Source: Balamuthia mandrillaris
Taxonomy: Eukaryota
Direction: 5' to 3'
Length of the DNA: 64,000 bases
Assembly (NCBI GenBank): GCA_031835245.2
Contig: JAVKOQ020000021.1
Location: 62,001-126,000 of the forward strand
Positions within the stretch are counted from its first letter, which is position 1; each line of letters begins with the position of its first letter. Below are positions 37,410-51,085 of this stretch, piece by piece. The position numbers were made by a program, and so were the translations under genes. Below the pieces are notes generated by a model. The model worked only from the letters and a program-made list of their open reading frames with translations, did no database searches and had not been told where the DNA came from.

Positions 37410-39833
37410 TTATGTTGGTCGGCTTTTTCTTCGGTAATGCAGGTTACAAGGACGAGAAGGCCCCACCACCATGGCTCGATAGTCCGGCTCCGGCAAGGGT
37501 CCCTCCAGCTCCAACTCGAAGCTCCTCAGCAGCACCGCCCATATGGTCTTCACCTGCAGGTAAGCGAAGCTCTCTCCCATGCAGGCGTGCCTGCCCGCGC
37601 CGAAGCCCAGGTAGGAGTACTTCCTCTCTTCTCTTTCCTCGGGCGCCAGAGCGAAGCGTTCGGGGTTGAACTCGTCCGGGTGCTTGTAGACCTCGGGCAG
37701 CCGCATGCTGAGGGCAGGGGAGACGAAGAGAATGTCTCCCTCGGGCACGGTGTAGCCCTTGTAGTCGAAGGGGCGGACCACCTGCCGCATGAGAAAGATG
37801 AGCGGAGGGTACATTCGAAGAGCCTCCTTGACGCAGCGATGCAAACGATCCATCTTGGAGAGCGCCTCGTAGGTTATTTCAGGGCCGAGCTCGTGGATGA
37901 TGCCTTCTTGTTCTTGCATTACACCTTGCAGAAACTTTTTCTTGTTTTCTTTCTGTGATGTTGTTAGAAGGAAGCTCGGAGGTTTTAGGAATAACAAAAG
38001 GTACTACCTCTAACAGAAGCAAGCCAGTCCATGAGCCAGTAACAGAGGATGTGTGTTGTCCAGCAAAAAGCAAGGCAATCATCATTCCTTATCGGTTGAA
38101 TGGAGAAACATTACAGTTAATACAAGAAGAATGAGGAGGAGGAGGAGGAGGAGAAGAAGAAGAAGAAGCAGGAGAAGAAGGAGAAGAAGAAGGAGAAGAA
38201 GAAGGAGAAGAAGAACAAGAAGCAGAAAGACTGAAGCAGGACACAAACTAACCGGTTATTTCTACTTCGGTGAGCATGGCACCGGTCTTGGGGTACCTTG
38301 CATCCATGAAGACTTGAAGCACGTCGTGCTTTACGTCTGGCTGGGCTCGCCGTTGTTCGATGATTTTGGAGAACAGCTCCACCATTTCTAATCTCGCTTT
38401 ATCACGTCTGTTGTTGGAAACAAGTTAAAACCTAGCACAAAGAAGAAGAACAAGAAGAAGAAGAAGAACCACAACAAGAACAAGAACAAGAACAAGAACA
38501 AGAACAAGAACAAGAACAAGAACAAGAAGAAGAACAAGAAGAAGAAGAAGAAGAAGAAGAAGAAGAAGAAGAAGAAGAAGAAGAACAAGAACAAGAACAA
38601 GAACAAGAACAAGAACAAGAACAAGAACAAGAACAAGAACAAGAAACGCAGAAGAACAAGGACAACAAACCAAAACAACAAAAAGGAGAACAAGAGCATC
38701 AAGAACAAATGGAGATACCGTTTATGAGCAGGTATAGGCAGATGAGGAAAGAAGAAGCTGAGGGGAGTCAATCCTTCATCCAAGTCCTGATAGAGCTTCG
38801 CCACCTGAGTGAACAGATTCTCCCTTATCTCCCTTCCCATCAAACATCTGCTCGCGGTCAGTATGATCAGCTCTGACAAAGCGTGTCTTATATCCACAGT
38901 CCCTTGTTGCCCCCATTGGGCAAAGTAGTCTTCTGCCTCTTTGACAATCATCGGAACGTACGACATGAGCGCTTTTGAGCTCAAGCTTGCTGCTATGAAC
39001 TTTAATTGCTGATTCCTGTTGCAACACGGTATTAGAAGCAAGAAGAAGGAGAAAAAGAGGATGGAAGGAAGGAAGGAAGGAAGGAAGGAAGGAAGGAAGG
39101 AAGGAAGGAAGGAAGGAAGGAAGGAAGGAAGGAAGGAAGGAAGGAAGGAAGGAAGGAAGGAAGGGAAGGAAGGAAGGAAGGAAGGAAGGAAGGAAGGAAG
39201 GAAGGGAAGGAAGGAAGGAAGGAAGGAAGGAAGGAAGGAAGGAAGGAAGGAAGGAAGGAAGAACAAGAAGAAGGAAGAAGAACAAGAACAAGAACAAGAA
39301 GAATAAGAACGAAAGCCACAAAGAGCAAAAAAAAAACACAGAGAAAAAACAGCAGATATCAAAACCTGTGCCACAAGTCCGCTCCATAAACCACATTCGG
39401 TCCAAAAATGGGCACAGAGAACTGGTAAGGCTCATCCTGGCTCAACTCTTTGTCGCTTTTGGCAAAGAAGGGGACGTGGGCCTCCGGTCCCACAAGGAAA
39501 GTGAGCCTCTTACCGAAGAGCTTCAAAGTGAAGATCTCTCCTTTCTGCTTGTAGACTTGAGTGGCGTATTGCAACGGGCCGGAAGCAAAGTTGAGCCCAA
39601 CGCCAACGAACGGAATCCAGCCGGAGACAATCGGCGGTAGCTGAGAGAGAGAGAGGTGAGAAGTTACAGAAAGAAAGGAGGAGCGACAACCAAACCTTTT
39701 GGTTTGTGTTTTTGTACCGCCGGAAGAGAAAGAAAGCGGTTAGGAGCAACAATGTGGGGAGTAATGCCACCTGTAATGGAGGAAGTCCCCCCTCCAGGAG
39801 CGACTCTTGCAACAGTCCTGTTGTGTGGTTCAT
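37410..39833 (-). CDS. CYP51: Sterol 14-alpha-demethylase (cytochrome P450 family 51)
   Basis: N-terminal TM; EPYQFSVPIFGPNVVY; I-helix MIALLFAGQHTSS; KEALR; PERF; heme motif FGAGRHACMGE. Confidence 0.95.
39063..39260. repeat. (GGAA)n microsatellite inside a CYP51 intron
   Basis: Directly visible. Confidence 0.95.
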
Positions 39834-40113
39834 CCCTTCTCACTGTCAAATAAAATAACAGCGCAGGATGAACTAGTTTCGCCTCGGGCAACTGGTGGCC
39901 TAACAACGCGTTCCTATATTAAATCTCCCTGTATTAAAAATGAAATATACCGTTGTTCCCGCGTTTGGTCGGTGCAGTCGTCCAGTTCATTACCATAGAG
40001 ATAGCTTTTAAAATGCTGCTCCATCTATTACTTCATTTTTTTTTTTCATATATTACACCAAGAGAAGAAGAAACAACGAGGAAGCAAACCAAAAGAACAA
40101 CAGGGTAACGAGA

Positions 40114-43100
40114 TCAGGATGGAGCCTCCCTGGAAGGAAACAACGTCCGAAACTTTGCAGCGGTCTTGGTCTTGCTCACCGCCCCTCCCTTCAAGCTCAT
40201 GCTCTTTGTTCTTCCAAGACTAACTATCCGCTGCTGTTGTTGCTGCTGCTGAAGATCACAACCGCAATTCATCATCATCGTCGAGGCACAGATGGGAGTG
40301 TAACTTCGTAACTTACAAACGCTGCTTCGGGACATATGTTTGATGTTCTTTGCCACCACTTCGGCATGTCTCTCCGCGTTGAATGCAAGTTTCTCTTCGG
40401 AAATCCAAACGCTTTGTGCAGACATGGATGAGAAAGACAACGATCTTGACAAGCCTCCAAGAGTGATCCTTCGAAAGGAAGCAGAAGGAGAAGAAGAAGA
40501 TGACGACGACGACAAAGAAGAGGAGGAGGTTTCTAAAGGAGGAGAAGATAGTGATGGTTGACTTGATCTCTGTTTTCGTCTGCGATAACGATGCATGGAA
40601 CCGGATGATAACGTCCGAGACCGTGTGACGAAAGTGGCAGAGGAACTGTCATAGGTGAATGAAGAGGACGATGAAGGAGAAGAAGAAAACAGTGAGGAAG
40701 ATGAAGGAGGTAAACATAGCGTTTCTATGCTAACGATGTCTCCCAGAGCAAAGACATTTGGCATGCCGCCCACCTGGAAGAAAGGATTGACGCGAACTTC
40801 TCCTCGCTCGTTCAACGCGGAGGCAAAGAGTTGCGAGGCAGAGCGGCGAAGAAACTCCGTGTTGGGCGCAAAACCGACTGCAGCATAGATGAGGTCCGCT
40901 GGAACGGATTTTTTGGTGTCTCCTCCGAGCTTGACGAGAACTCGTCGTTCTCGTGTTGGTGGTGATAGCTGTGGTAGAAAGTGTTGGTGCTGGTCTTCTC
41001 CAAGTTCTCTTTTTGGAGATAGGCCTCCGTCATATTGAATCCTAGGTGAAAGAGGACTCCTCCTCTTCTTCCGCTTTTCCTTGTGCTTCTTCTTCTTCTT
41101 CTTCTTTTTGCCAAGGTGTTTCTCGTCTTCTTCCATTTCTGCTTCTGCTTCTTCTTCTTCTTCTTCTTCTTCTTTGGGTTTGTCTCCACGAGCTGAAATG
41201 GAAGTAGACGACGAAGAGGAAGACGAAGAGGTGGAATCATCGTCATCTGCTTCTTCTTGTTCGGTTTCTTCTAGAGGTTGATGTTGCTGTGCTTGCTCTC
41301 GTTCCTCTTCTTCATAGTCAACAAGTTGCAACAAACATCTACCATCGTTCGTAAGTCCAACCACGAGATGATGAAACAAAAATGTGACGTTGTTCGCAAA
41401 GTGCTTTTGAAAGTGTTGCAACGCAAAAGCGGACGCTGAAGCCGGCATTCGGTGCAATAAGCGAGAACGCGGACAGACCAAAGTGAAGTGTTTGTTGCTG
41501 TAACGCGAAGTCAGCTCTCCGAGAAGTTCTATAGCCGTTGGGCCTCCTCCAACGATGACAATATGTTTGGTTCGTTCGTCGTTCAGAATGTTGGAAGCAT
41601 TGATGATGCTTTCAGCGCTTCTGCAATCTACAATCCTTTTGTCTTGAACTTCTTTGTTGAGAAAATCGGGTCTGTCGTTGCGTTTTTCTTGTTTTTCTTC
41701 GTCTTCTTCTTGTTCTTTCTTCTTCATGTTGTGGTCTTCTCCTTGTTCGTGTTTCTTTTTGGTTTGAAGCTGTTGTTGCTGTTCTTCTTCGATGAGCTGT
41801 GTAAGCTTTTCCAATTGTGTTTGTCTTCTATCTTCGGAAGATGGAGAGGCGATAGGTTCGGAAGATTCAGAGGAAGAAGAGGGCGTAGAGGAAGAGTAGG
41901 AGGACAATCCTAAACTAGCGGCTACGTCGTAACGAGACCCTGTACATATGCAGAGGTAGTTATACCGGAAGCATCTGCCATCCATCAAAATGACTTCCTT
42001 TGAAGTCACGCTCGACACTCCTTTTGCAGTTATATGAGAAAACAACAACTAGAAAGAAAGGGGACAAGAAAGAAAGCAAGAATGCTGAAGGAATAAAGAA
42101 AGAAGCGATACCTTCTTTACAAACCACAACTTCAGTCGATCCCAAATAACTCGTATGCTCCTTTCTCACTCTCTCTAATAGAAAGTTTTGTTGCTGCCGT
42201 TCGTTTATCTCTTTATCGTTATTACTTGTTGACGCTGTTACTGCTGTCGCTAGTTCAATAAAACTCGGAACAAACTCAAAGTAGCTTTTGGTGTCGATGA
42301 GCGTCACGTCCAAGTTTCGTTCTAAACGTTTTGCAATGGTGGAGCCGGCAAAACCGCCGCCTATAATGACCAGCTTCGCCTTCTCCACGAACCGATAGAA
42401 GAAGTAATCGTCCTGAAAGCGCTTATCCTGATCCACCACATGAACGATGATCTTCTTGCGAACGAGCCTGTCGCCGAGTTGAACTGCCTCAGCTCTAGTT
42501 TTGACTTTTGTGTTTCGTAATAACCAGTCGACAGCTTCTGAGGCTGATGGTGGATGATATAACAAAATAAAAGAACAATAAGAAGAAGCCAAAATGAAAA
42601 AAATAATAGAGGAGGGAGGAGGAAGGAGAGAGAACTTACCAACGAAGCAACAAGAATAGGTTTTTAAATGCCACCGTCTACTTTGTACATTGAATCCAGT
42701 TACAGTGTTCATAGCTTTCACGACGAGGTCATGCAAGTGCTGTTGATGAAACATAACACAGTCAACATTGTCTTAAAAACAGAACAGAAGAAAGAGTGGT
42801 ATACCTCGTCACTTGCCATGTAATATTCCAAAGTTCCTTCTTGCTCTTTTTCTTGTTCATTCTTGTTGTTATAGTGGTTGTTGTTACTGGCGAATTCGTT
42901 CTCGTTCTTGTTCTTGTGGATCGTTTGTTCGGAGGAAGAACCTGGCAGAGCAGCAACAGCTTCTTCTGAAGCAGCCTTCTCTTGTGCCAACAGCTCTCGT
43001 TTGTAAGTTTCTAATATTTCCAATATCTCTGCAAAACCTGGTCTCTCTAATAATTGCTACATCAACAAGTGATAAAACCATAACAAACAAGAACGAACCC

Positions 43101-44193
43101 ACCTTCAGGATCTTCTTTCCAACACCGAGTCATAAGGTCACGAAAGACTGGAGGACAGTCGGAAGGAATCACTGGCCGTCTTCCTTCTTTCACAACTTCG
43201 AGCGCGACTTTCAATAGCGATTCTTCTGGATATGGCTCTTGCCTGGAGTAACAGAAACAATGGAAGAGGATGGCAGAGAACGAGGAAAGAGAATGATAAG
43301 AGAAGGAGAAAAGAGAGATGAAAGAGAAGCAGAGAAAGGGAACAGTGTGTACATAGTAACAAGCTCATAAAGAAATACTCCAAACGAGAAAGCGTCGCTT
43401 TTTTGGGAGTAGACGCGATTGACGATGGACTCGGGAGCCATATGCTTGACCGGTCCAAAGTTAGTGCCAGTAACGCCTTGGCCGCCTTCCGCCAAAGCCA
43501 AGCGCGAGAGACCAAAGTCTGAAACCATCGCCACCAAGTTACCATCCAACAGAAAGTTACGAGCCGCCAAGTCGCTATGTGCAATAAAGGAGTGAGGTCA
43601 TTCCATTTTCTTAAAAATCTTTCTCACTCTTTTCTTGTTCTCTTTTTCTCTCTCTCTTCTCTGTCCGCTCTATTCCTTCATTCCTTCTTTCCATTTGCTT
43701 CTCTATGTTTCTCTATGCTTCTCTCTCTTTGTTTTGTTTTAAGGCGTTTCTGTACCGATGAACGATGTGTTCGCAATGCGTGTGAAACACTCCGGCAGCT
43801 GCATCACGAGCGAACCCAACTCTGGTCAGCCAATCCACATTGGGATGGGCCTTGAGGTAGTCGTGAATGCTGCCGTTGCGATGATAGGGTGATACCAAAC
43901 ATACGTTTGGTGGTTTTGTACATACACCTTTGTTTTAAAAAAGAAAGGAGAGGACGGGAGGATGAGTGAAGAACGGGAGATAGGGGAAGCGAAGCGAGAT
44001 GATGAGAAGAGAGTGAAGAAACAAGAGATGAGAGAACAACAGAACAAAAGCGAACAGAAGCGATAAGAGAAAGAGAAGAAAGAACCAATCGAACGAACCT
44101 ATGGACTCCAATACATTGGGATGACTGCCTAAGGAACTGTTGGTAACAAGAGCACAAGACAAAAAAAAAGAACGGGTTGCTGTTGTTTAGAAG

Positions 44194-44227
<34 letters not shown>

Positions 44228-44427
44228 GAGAACAGAGCAAAAAAAAAACATTACGCCATGAGACTAGCCTCCCTCCGGATCTGCTCCAACTCCACCTCGG
44301 TAATGCGAACCAGGTTCAGCCTCTTCACCGCCACCTGTGCTCCTCTCCACGTCGCTCTGTAGACCGTCCCAAAAGCTCCTCTGTATTATTGTTTTAACAT
44401 GTTGCAGAAGCCCAGGAGAGAGGAGAG

Positions 44428-44465
<38 letters not shown>

Positions 44466-44799
44466 AAGAAACCGACCGGCCGATCGGTTCGTTGTCAAAC
44501 TGTATTTCGGAAAAGTCTATTTCGCGGTGAGGATACATCTGTCCGAACGACAGAGAGAAAGGCAGTCCTAAAGAGGGTGCCCGTGTGGTCCGCGTGGCGT
44601 GGTTTTCCTCCGGAGAAGCAGCGGAGGCGGAGGAGGAGGCGGTTTGTAAGTAAGGTGAAACGATGAGGCCACCGCCTTCTCGGTTGCTGTCCTCCTCCTC
44701 GTTCAGCAAAAGTGAGTCCTCAAAGTAGGTGGCCAACGCGGCATCGTTCAGGTCGAGGGAGGCGGAACCGAGGGGAGCCTCCTCCACCTCTCTCTGCAT
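40114..44799 (-). CDS. Fusion: tyrosine-kinase-like domain + DEP domain + FAD/NAD(P)H oxidoreductase (AIFM2/FSP1-like)
   Basis: GAFGTVY, VAVK, HRDLAARN, DFG, GPVKHMAPE, CWKEDPEERP; DEP RRWHLKTYSCCFVASEAVDWL..HVVD..FQDDYFFYRF; IIGGGFAG, ICTGS, IVGGGPTAIEL, NVFALGD; the kinase-to-DEP splice joins checked by hand keep the frame. Confidence 0.85.
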
Positions 44800-45426
44800 C
44801 GTCGTCCACGTATTTCTTGTTTGGTGCTATACAAATTCGTCGACAATATTCTCCGTTCTCAATTAATCTGGAAAAAAATCATTTTTCTCGAAATAACCGA
44901 TTATTCCTTTATTTTAGCTGAGCAAGCATTATTTTCGATGATAATCGATAGAAGCTCTAAACAATAGGAAACGGAAAAAAATGTTTGTAGAAGCGTAAGA
45001 AAAATCGCGTGGCAAATTTACCAAACAAGGAAAATCACCTTAATATCCACCTTAATTCATCTTCCCTTAACGTCCACCGGCCGTCCAGCTTCCTGCATGG
45101 ACATCTTTTTGATGCTCCCCACCTTTGTAACGGCAATCCCGATTTGCCTCGAAGTCGTTGTTGCGTTAGCTTTGGTTTAGGTGGGAGAATTAAATTTGAT
45201 AGCCGCAGTAGTGGATAGATTTTCTTCTGCTCTTCTGCTTCCCTTGACGAAACAGACAAACCAAGAAAGAAACCAAGAAAGACGTAACACCATTTTTTTT
45301 TTTTTTTTTTTTGGGGGTGCAAGCAACAAACAAAAGAACCCGACGTCGTTTTTGTGGTGTGGTGGTAAAAACCCCCTTCTCCTCCTCGGTTCCCCCCAAT
45401 TTCTTTCTCTAAGCTCATCTCATCTC

Positions 45427-45474
<48 letters not shown>

Positions 45475-45513
45475 CTTGGCAAAGAAAGACAGAAGAGAAA
45501 GAAAACAAAAGAA

Positions 45514-46758
45514 ATGGGCAAGCACAAGGAAAAGAAGAGCGACAGCGTCACCGACGAGCTTCACCTCACCAAAGAGGTCCACCAGTTTCGCAACTACGGA
45601 GTTAACAAGTATGAGGAGCGCGTGAGGAACAACTACCGCCAGAACCACGTCAACCAGACCTACGCCTTTGCCTCCGAGATGAAGAAGAAGTACTCTCAGC
45701 TCAACACAGGCATTGAGATGAGCATTTGGTTTGTTTTTTTTTTCTTCTTTTTCTGTTTTTTTTTTTTCTTTTTTTTTAACGTTTTTTTTTATTTCCTTCA
45801 AAAATATTCTCTCTTTTTTTTTAAAAAAAAAACCAAAACAAAAGGGAGGCAGCCGAGCTTCTCAATGACATTGTGGATGACTCGGACCCCGACCTGGGCC
45901 TCCCTCAAATCGTCCACTTGTTACAAACCGCAGGTATGGGTCTCTCTTTTTCGTATTCTTTTTCTTTGTTTTCATTTCTTTCTTTTCTTTTCTTTTTTTT
46001 CCCTTTTTTCCGTGTTTCTGTCGACTTTCTGTTTTTCTGTCGACTTTCTGTTTTTGTCGACTATTTCTGTCGACATTCTGCGACATATTTTTGTCGACTC
46101 ACCGCACAACAAACTTTGCAGAGGCCCTTCGTGCCCAATTCCCAGGAGAGGAATACGACTGGCTCCACCTGACCGGCTTCATTCATGACCTTGGCAAGCT
46201 GCTCGCTCATCCCCGCTTCCCTCAATGCTTCAACCAACCCCAATGGGCCGTTGTGGGCGATACCTTCCCGCTCGGCTGCCCCTTCTCCGACTCGATCGTC
46301 TACAGAGAGTACTTTAAGGAAAATCCTGACATGAACGTGAGTGAGTACCAACAATCGGAGAACGGCATCTACTCTGCTGGTTGTGGGCTGGAGAACTTGC
46401 TCATGAGCTGGGGCCACGACGAGTACATGTATCAAGTGTGCGTTGGCAATGGATGCACATTGCCGCCTGAGGGACTTTACATCATCCGTTTTCACTCCTT
46501 CTATCCTTACCATCAGGCCGGAGCCTATGCTCAATTCACCAACGAAACAGATCATGCTATGTTCCCTTGGATAAAGGTTTGTTTTGTTTTTATTTTTCAG
46601 TTGTTTTACACTTTGTGTTAACCACTTCCACATAAAAGGCGTTCCAAAAGTGCGATTTGTATAGCAAGGACGAGGAGTCCAAAATCGATGTGGAGGCGTT
46701 GAAACCCTACTACCAGGGCCTCATCAAGAAGTACTTTCCTGAGAAGCTAAAGTGGTGA
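45514..46758 (+). CDS. MIOX: myo-inositol oxygenase
   Basis: FRNY, NHVNQT, DDSDPD, HLLQTAE, WLHLTGFIHDLGK, QWAVVGDTFP, SWGHDEYMY, IRFHSFYP; ends YFPEKLKW*. Confidence 0.95.
46015..46100. repeat. Degenerate minisatellite of TTTCTGTCGAC-like units in MIOX intron 2
   Basis: Five GTCGAC cores with similar flanks within ~85 bp. Confidence 0.75.
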
Positions 46759-47284
46759 AGTGTTTTATTTTTCTTTATTTTTTCCCAACAAAAAAATAGA
46801 AAGCAAGAGCAAAGAAGAGATGAGAGCAATAGTTGTTTGTTGCTTTTTTTTAAAATGTTATGTTATTGCGGTTCGCTATGCGACTTGTACACGTTTGTTA
46901 ATGTTTTGTTTTTTTATTCTCGATGTTTATTTTAGATTTTTTTTTAACATAAAAAGACTTTTGTTATCACGAAAGGTTTTATTCTTGGTTTCAGATTTAA
47001 TTATTAATTGAATGAATTAACAACTTCTCTCTTATCGGAAGGCGAAGGGGCTCAATATTGGTGGAAGACGAGATCCAACCCTTCCCCTAAGAAAGGGGTA
47101 CAACGAGGAACAAATGCGTACTGCACAGACCCCGTATCCAGGAACAGGCCACACAACGAGATCTCAATTAATATAGAGTTTTCAGGAAGTAACCGACCTC
47201 AATACCATTTTTCTTGTTCTTTTTTAGCGTTCTCCTTCTTTTTTTGTTTTTCATAACATAACCAACAAACCACGACATAGAAAG

Positions 47285-47990
47285 ATGGGACTCACTCTGC
47301 CAGTACCAATGCACAAAGTCAGCCTGATGGCGGCCTCCTTCATAGTGGAGTTGAAACCAACCAAAAATGCCGCTGTGTCCTCGGGCAGAGGAAAGCTCTC
47401 CTTGTTTCGTCTGCTGGGTTACTGGCTGGCTCAGCTCTTTGGCGCTCTTCTCGGCGTGTTGGTACGGTTTTGGCTTCCACTTCCTCCACTCACCATTTCT
47501 TTGTTGCTTAAACGCTTTTGTTTATATAAAACAAAGGCGTATTGGGTGATATCATACGAAACGTTCGAGGTCCACCCAGCGGACTGGTTCAACTCAGGAC
47601 AAGCCTTGGCTGCTGAACTGTTCTTCTCCTTTCTTCTGATCAATGGGGTGGTACAAACGGTCGTCACGGACACCCTGGCCTGCAACCCCTTCTTCGGCTT
47701 GGCCATCGGCTTCTGCATTACCGCTGGTGCCATTGCTGTTGGACGTATGTTTTTGATCTTTCATTCAGAGTTAACGGCAAAAAAACTAACGCAACCAACA
47801 AACTAGAACACAGAGGTATGCTGTCATGACCGCTGGACCAAACCGTCCCCCAAATATAGAGGTGAAATTCTAAAGGGCGAGGAGAAGGAGGAGGAAGAAG
47901 ATGAAGTCGTTCGATTCAAGCTCAACAAGTTAAACCAAGTGGAGAGCGAAGATAAGAAGGGCTCAGCTTCGACCAGGTTTGTAGATAGGA
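47285..47990 (+). pseudogene. Degenerate aquaporin copy
   Basis: N-terminus MGLTLPVPMHKVSLMAASFIVEL matches the 58604 copy, but most of TM1-TM2 and the first NP motif are absent, and the last exon lacks the GGGFNPA segment. Confidence 0.7.
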
Positions 47991-48107
47991 GAAAGGACTG
48001 TATATACAGGTGCAACAAAACAAAGATATATATATATGCTTATTTAACTGTATGAGAACCCGTGAGTCAAGAAGAGTGCCAAAGGGATATACGAGTAAAA
48101 CAACAAA

Positions 48108-48147
<40 letters not shown>

Positions 48148-48419
48148 AAAAGAGGAAAGAGAGAGAAAGGCAGGATGAAAATGTTTGTCACTCTGTTATA
48201 CTAAGGGGAGGTGCTATGTCCAATGTGTCAAAAATACAGAGGAAAGTTGGGGGATAGACCGTTGGCAATCCACGGCTGCTGTATTCTCCAAGGCGAACCT
48301 CTTGATGACTTTGTTAAAAAAGTCCAACAAGCGCCATCTTGCTCGTAAAAAAAAACCAATATCCGAACGAGAGCCCGTCTGCCGTTGTTGCTTGTTGTTT
48401 TGCTGCTTCCTTCCTCGAC

Positions 48420-49543
48420 ATGAAGCTGAGGACGAGGTGGATGGCTGTCCCTGGAGCATTGGACAAGGCCTGCGCCGCGGTGGCTCCGTTCCTCACGGAG
48501 CTGGTGGGCGCCTTCATGTTCATGCTCACCATCGGGCTCTCGGTGCTGAGCGGAGGGGAGCTGGCTCCCCTGGCCATCGGGATCTCCCTGATGATCCTGG
48601 TCTACTGCGGCGGACACATCTCTGGAGGGCATTTCAACCCTTGTATGGTGTACCAGTTTTTTTTTTCTCTCTCTCTTTTCTTTGTGCCTCACCGCAGAGC
48701 GGCTAACTCATGGCTCATGGCTGCTCCGCAACGGATCTTCTCACTAAAGCGGTGTCGTTGGGGGTGTTTCTCACGGACAGAGGCAAGCTCTCCTTCTGTC
48801 GCTTGGTGGGCTATTGGATTGCGCAGTTCTTGGGTGGTTTTCTTGGAGCGTTGGTAAGGCACTTCTTCATCGACGTTCGGTGGAGACCTCCAGGTTTGTC
48901 TGACTCCAACGCTTTAAACAAAAATAGACGTACTGGGGGATGACCTACCGTACCTTTCCGCTCAGGTCAGGAGCTGGGTTCAACGCAGGGCAAGCGTTCG
49001 CGGCCGAGCTCTTCTTCTCCTTCCTGCTGATCCACGCGGTCCTGCAAACGGCAACCACCAAGACCCAAGCCGGCAACTCCTTCTTCGGCTTGGCCATTGG
49101 CTTGAGCGTTACTGCCGGCGGGGTCGCCGTTGGACGTATGTTATTTAACATGGTTCTGTTCTGTTCTGCTTGTTGTTGTTGTTGTTGTTGTTGAAGAACA
49201 AAAGGCCTAAGCAGAAGCAAACAAACCAGAGCACATGCCGATCTCAGGAGGAGGGTTCAACCCAGCAGTCACGACAGGAGCCATCATCGTCAATGCCATC
49301 GCGGAAGGGGCACAGCGGTTAGAGTACATCTGGGTCTACTGGTTGGGTCCCTTCGTGGCCTCCTTTGTTGCCGCTTTGTTGTTCCGCGTGACCAACCGAG
49401 TCGAGTTCAAGAGAGGCTACGAAGACCCAGACGAACAGGAAGATGCATCGCTCAGACCAAAGCGCAAGAAGAAGTGGCGGAAAAGAGTGAAGAGGGAAGA
49501 GCAGCAGGACTCAGGCTCCTCTTTCGCCGACGACCAATTGTAG
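48420..49543 (+). CDS. Aquaporin/MIP (4 exons)
   Basis: TELVGAF, GGHISGGHFNP, AELFFSFLL, FGLAIG, SGGGFNPAV, WVYWLGP. Confidence 0.92.
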
Positions 49544-49631
49544 CTTTTTTGGTTTTGTTTAAAAAAGAAGGTTAGTCGTGCTTCGTTCGTCGTTCGTTTA
49601 TGTTTTGTGTTTTTGTTGTTTGTCAGACGTG

Positions 49632-51085
49632 TTACACAAACGTGGACATGAACACAACGTCATGGCCAATGTTCAAAGTGCTGTGCCACCAATCGGAAGG
49701 AAGGTAGAGCAGCTCTCCTGGTCGCAGCACGCACTCCAACAGTCCTTCCTGCTGTTGGGAGTATTCCTCGTGGAACCACCGCAGAGTGCTTTGGTTCGGA
49801 TCGAACTTGGGAACATGCTCCGGCGGATACAAAAACCATCTCTGCAAAAAGTTTTGTTATAAGCAGACAAGAAGAACAAAAAGATAGCACACAACTAAAA
49901 AAAAAAGTTTAGTACCTTAGAACCATGAAAGACCTCTGCCCAGACAGGACCGTGTTTGTGAAGAGGAACACCGCTGCCCCATCCGCCGAGACCAAAGCTA
50001 AGAGAGGCCTGTTGAGTGGCCGGCACATACGGTGGCTGCACGTAATAGTCAAACAGAGGTTCCCATGCCTTTATCACGATAAAAGGAGGACGCAAAAGGG
50101 GAGGTCAGGAAGATGAAAGAAGAAATAAAGGAGAGACGAAAGAAGCAAAGAGAGAACCTGGTGGTCGTTATCGCCAAAGTGATAAAAGGTTTCGTTGGCC
50201 AACGTCTTAAGGTCTTGGGGCTTCATTCTCTCTTTGATATACTCCGCCAATGTCGACTCCTTCTTCTCATAAGAAAATGTATTGGAGGAACTCAGTATAA
50301 CTGTATAGTTGCCATAGTCCGCCAACAAGCGTTCCTATGAGTTATTATAATGTTTATGAGCGAAAGCAAGAACGAAGAAGGCAAGAAGGGAGCGATGAAG
50401 ATAACATACGACAGAAGCTAGGCTTTTAAAGAGGGAGTTGTCGCTCACGCCCACAACGATCACTGGCTTCTGTTCTTCGTACACTCTGTGTAATGAAGAA
50501 AGAGAGAAAAAGAAAGCATTGTTTGAGAGAGAGAGAAGTTAATGGTGAAGAGAAAAGCAACAGAGAATGAGAGGATAGACGAGCGCAAAGAGCGAAGAGA
50601 GCAGACCAAAGAGGACGACGAATAGAAGAGGAAGGAGCCAAAAGCAGAAACTAAGGAGCATGCGAAGCGAAAGAGAGAGGTTACCTACGAAACTCGCCAA
50701 CGGACAAGCCATGCCTCCTTTCTATGGTACATACCTCACTATCTATCTCGAACGGTTGCTCCCACCCCTTCTCTCCTTCGCCTTCTTGTTCTTGTTCTTG
50801 TTCTTCTTGTTCTTCTTCTTCTTCTTCACATGTCGAACTTGTCACATTGCAACTGTAGGCTCGCTCCGCGACAGCCGTTGTGGCGGTAGCGTTCACCCTG
50901 GTGTCGCATAGGGCAGAAGAAACAGAAGCAGAAGCAGAAGAAGAAGAAGCGGAAGCAACAACTAAAAGCAATGCCACCAACATGCTCGCAATCCACCACC
51001 GCCCAAAGGAAGAAGAACCGGAGAATGCACCGACGCAGCGGATAATCATGAGAAGAGGCCGCCCGCTCTCCGCGCCTTGTGTCAT
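49632..51085 (-). CDS. JmjC-domain protein, JMJD8-like, with N-terminal hydrophobic segment
   Basis: VILSSSNTFSY, FYHFGDN, SFGLGGWGSGVPLHKHGP, RWFLYPP, ECVLRPGELLYLPSDWWHSTLN. Confidence 0.85.

Noticed and set aside
49135..49240. Possible non-canonical splice junction before the second aquaporin NPA
   Set aside because: Canonical GT-AG gives an in-frame Q(H/N)M insertion consistently in all three copies
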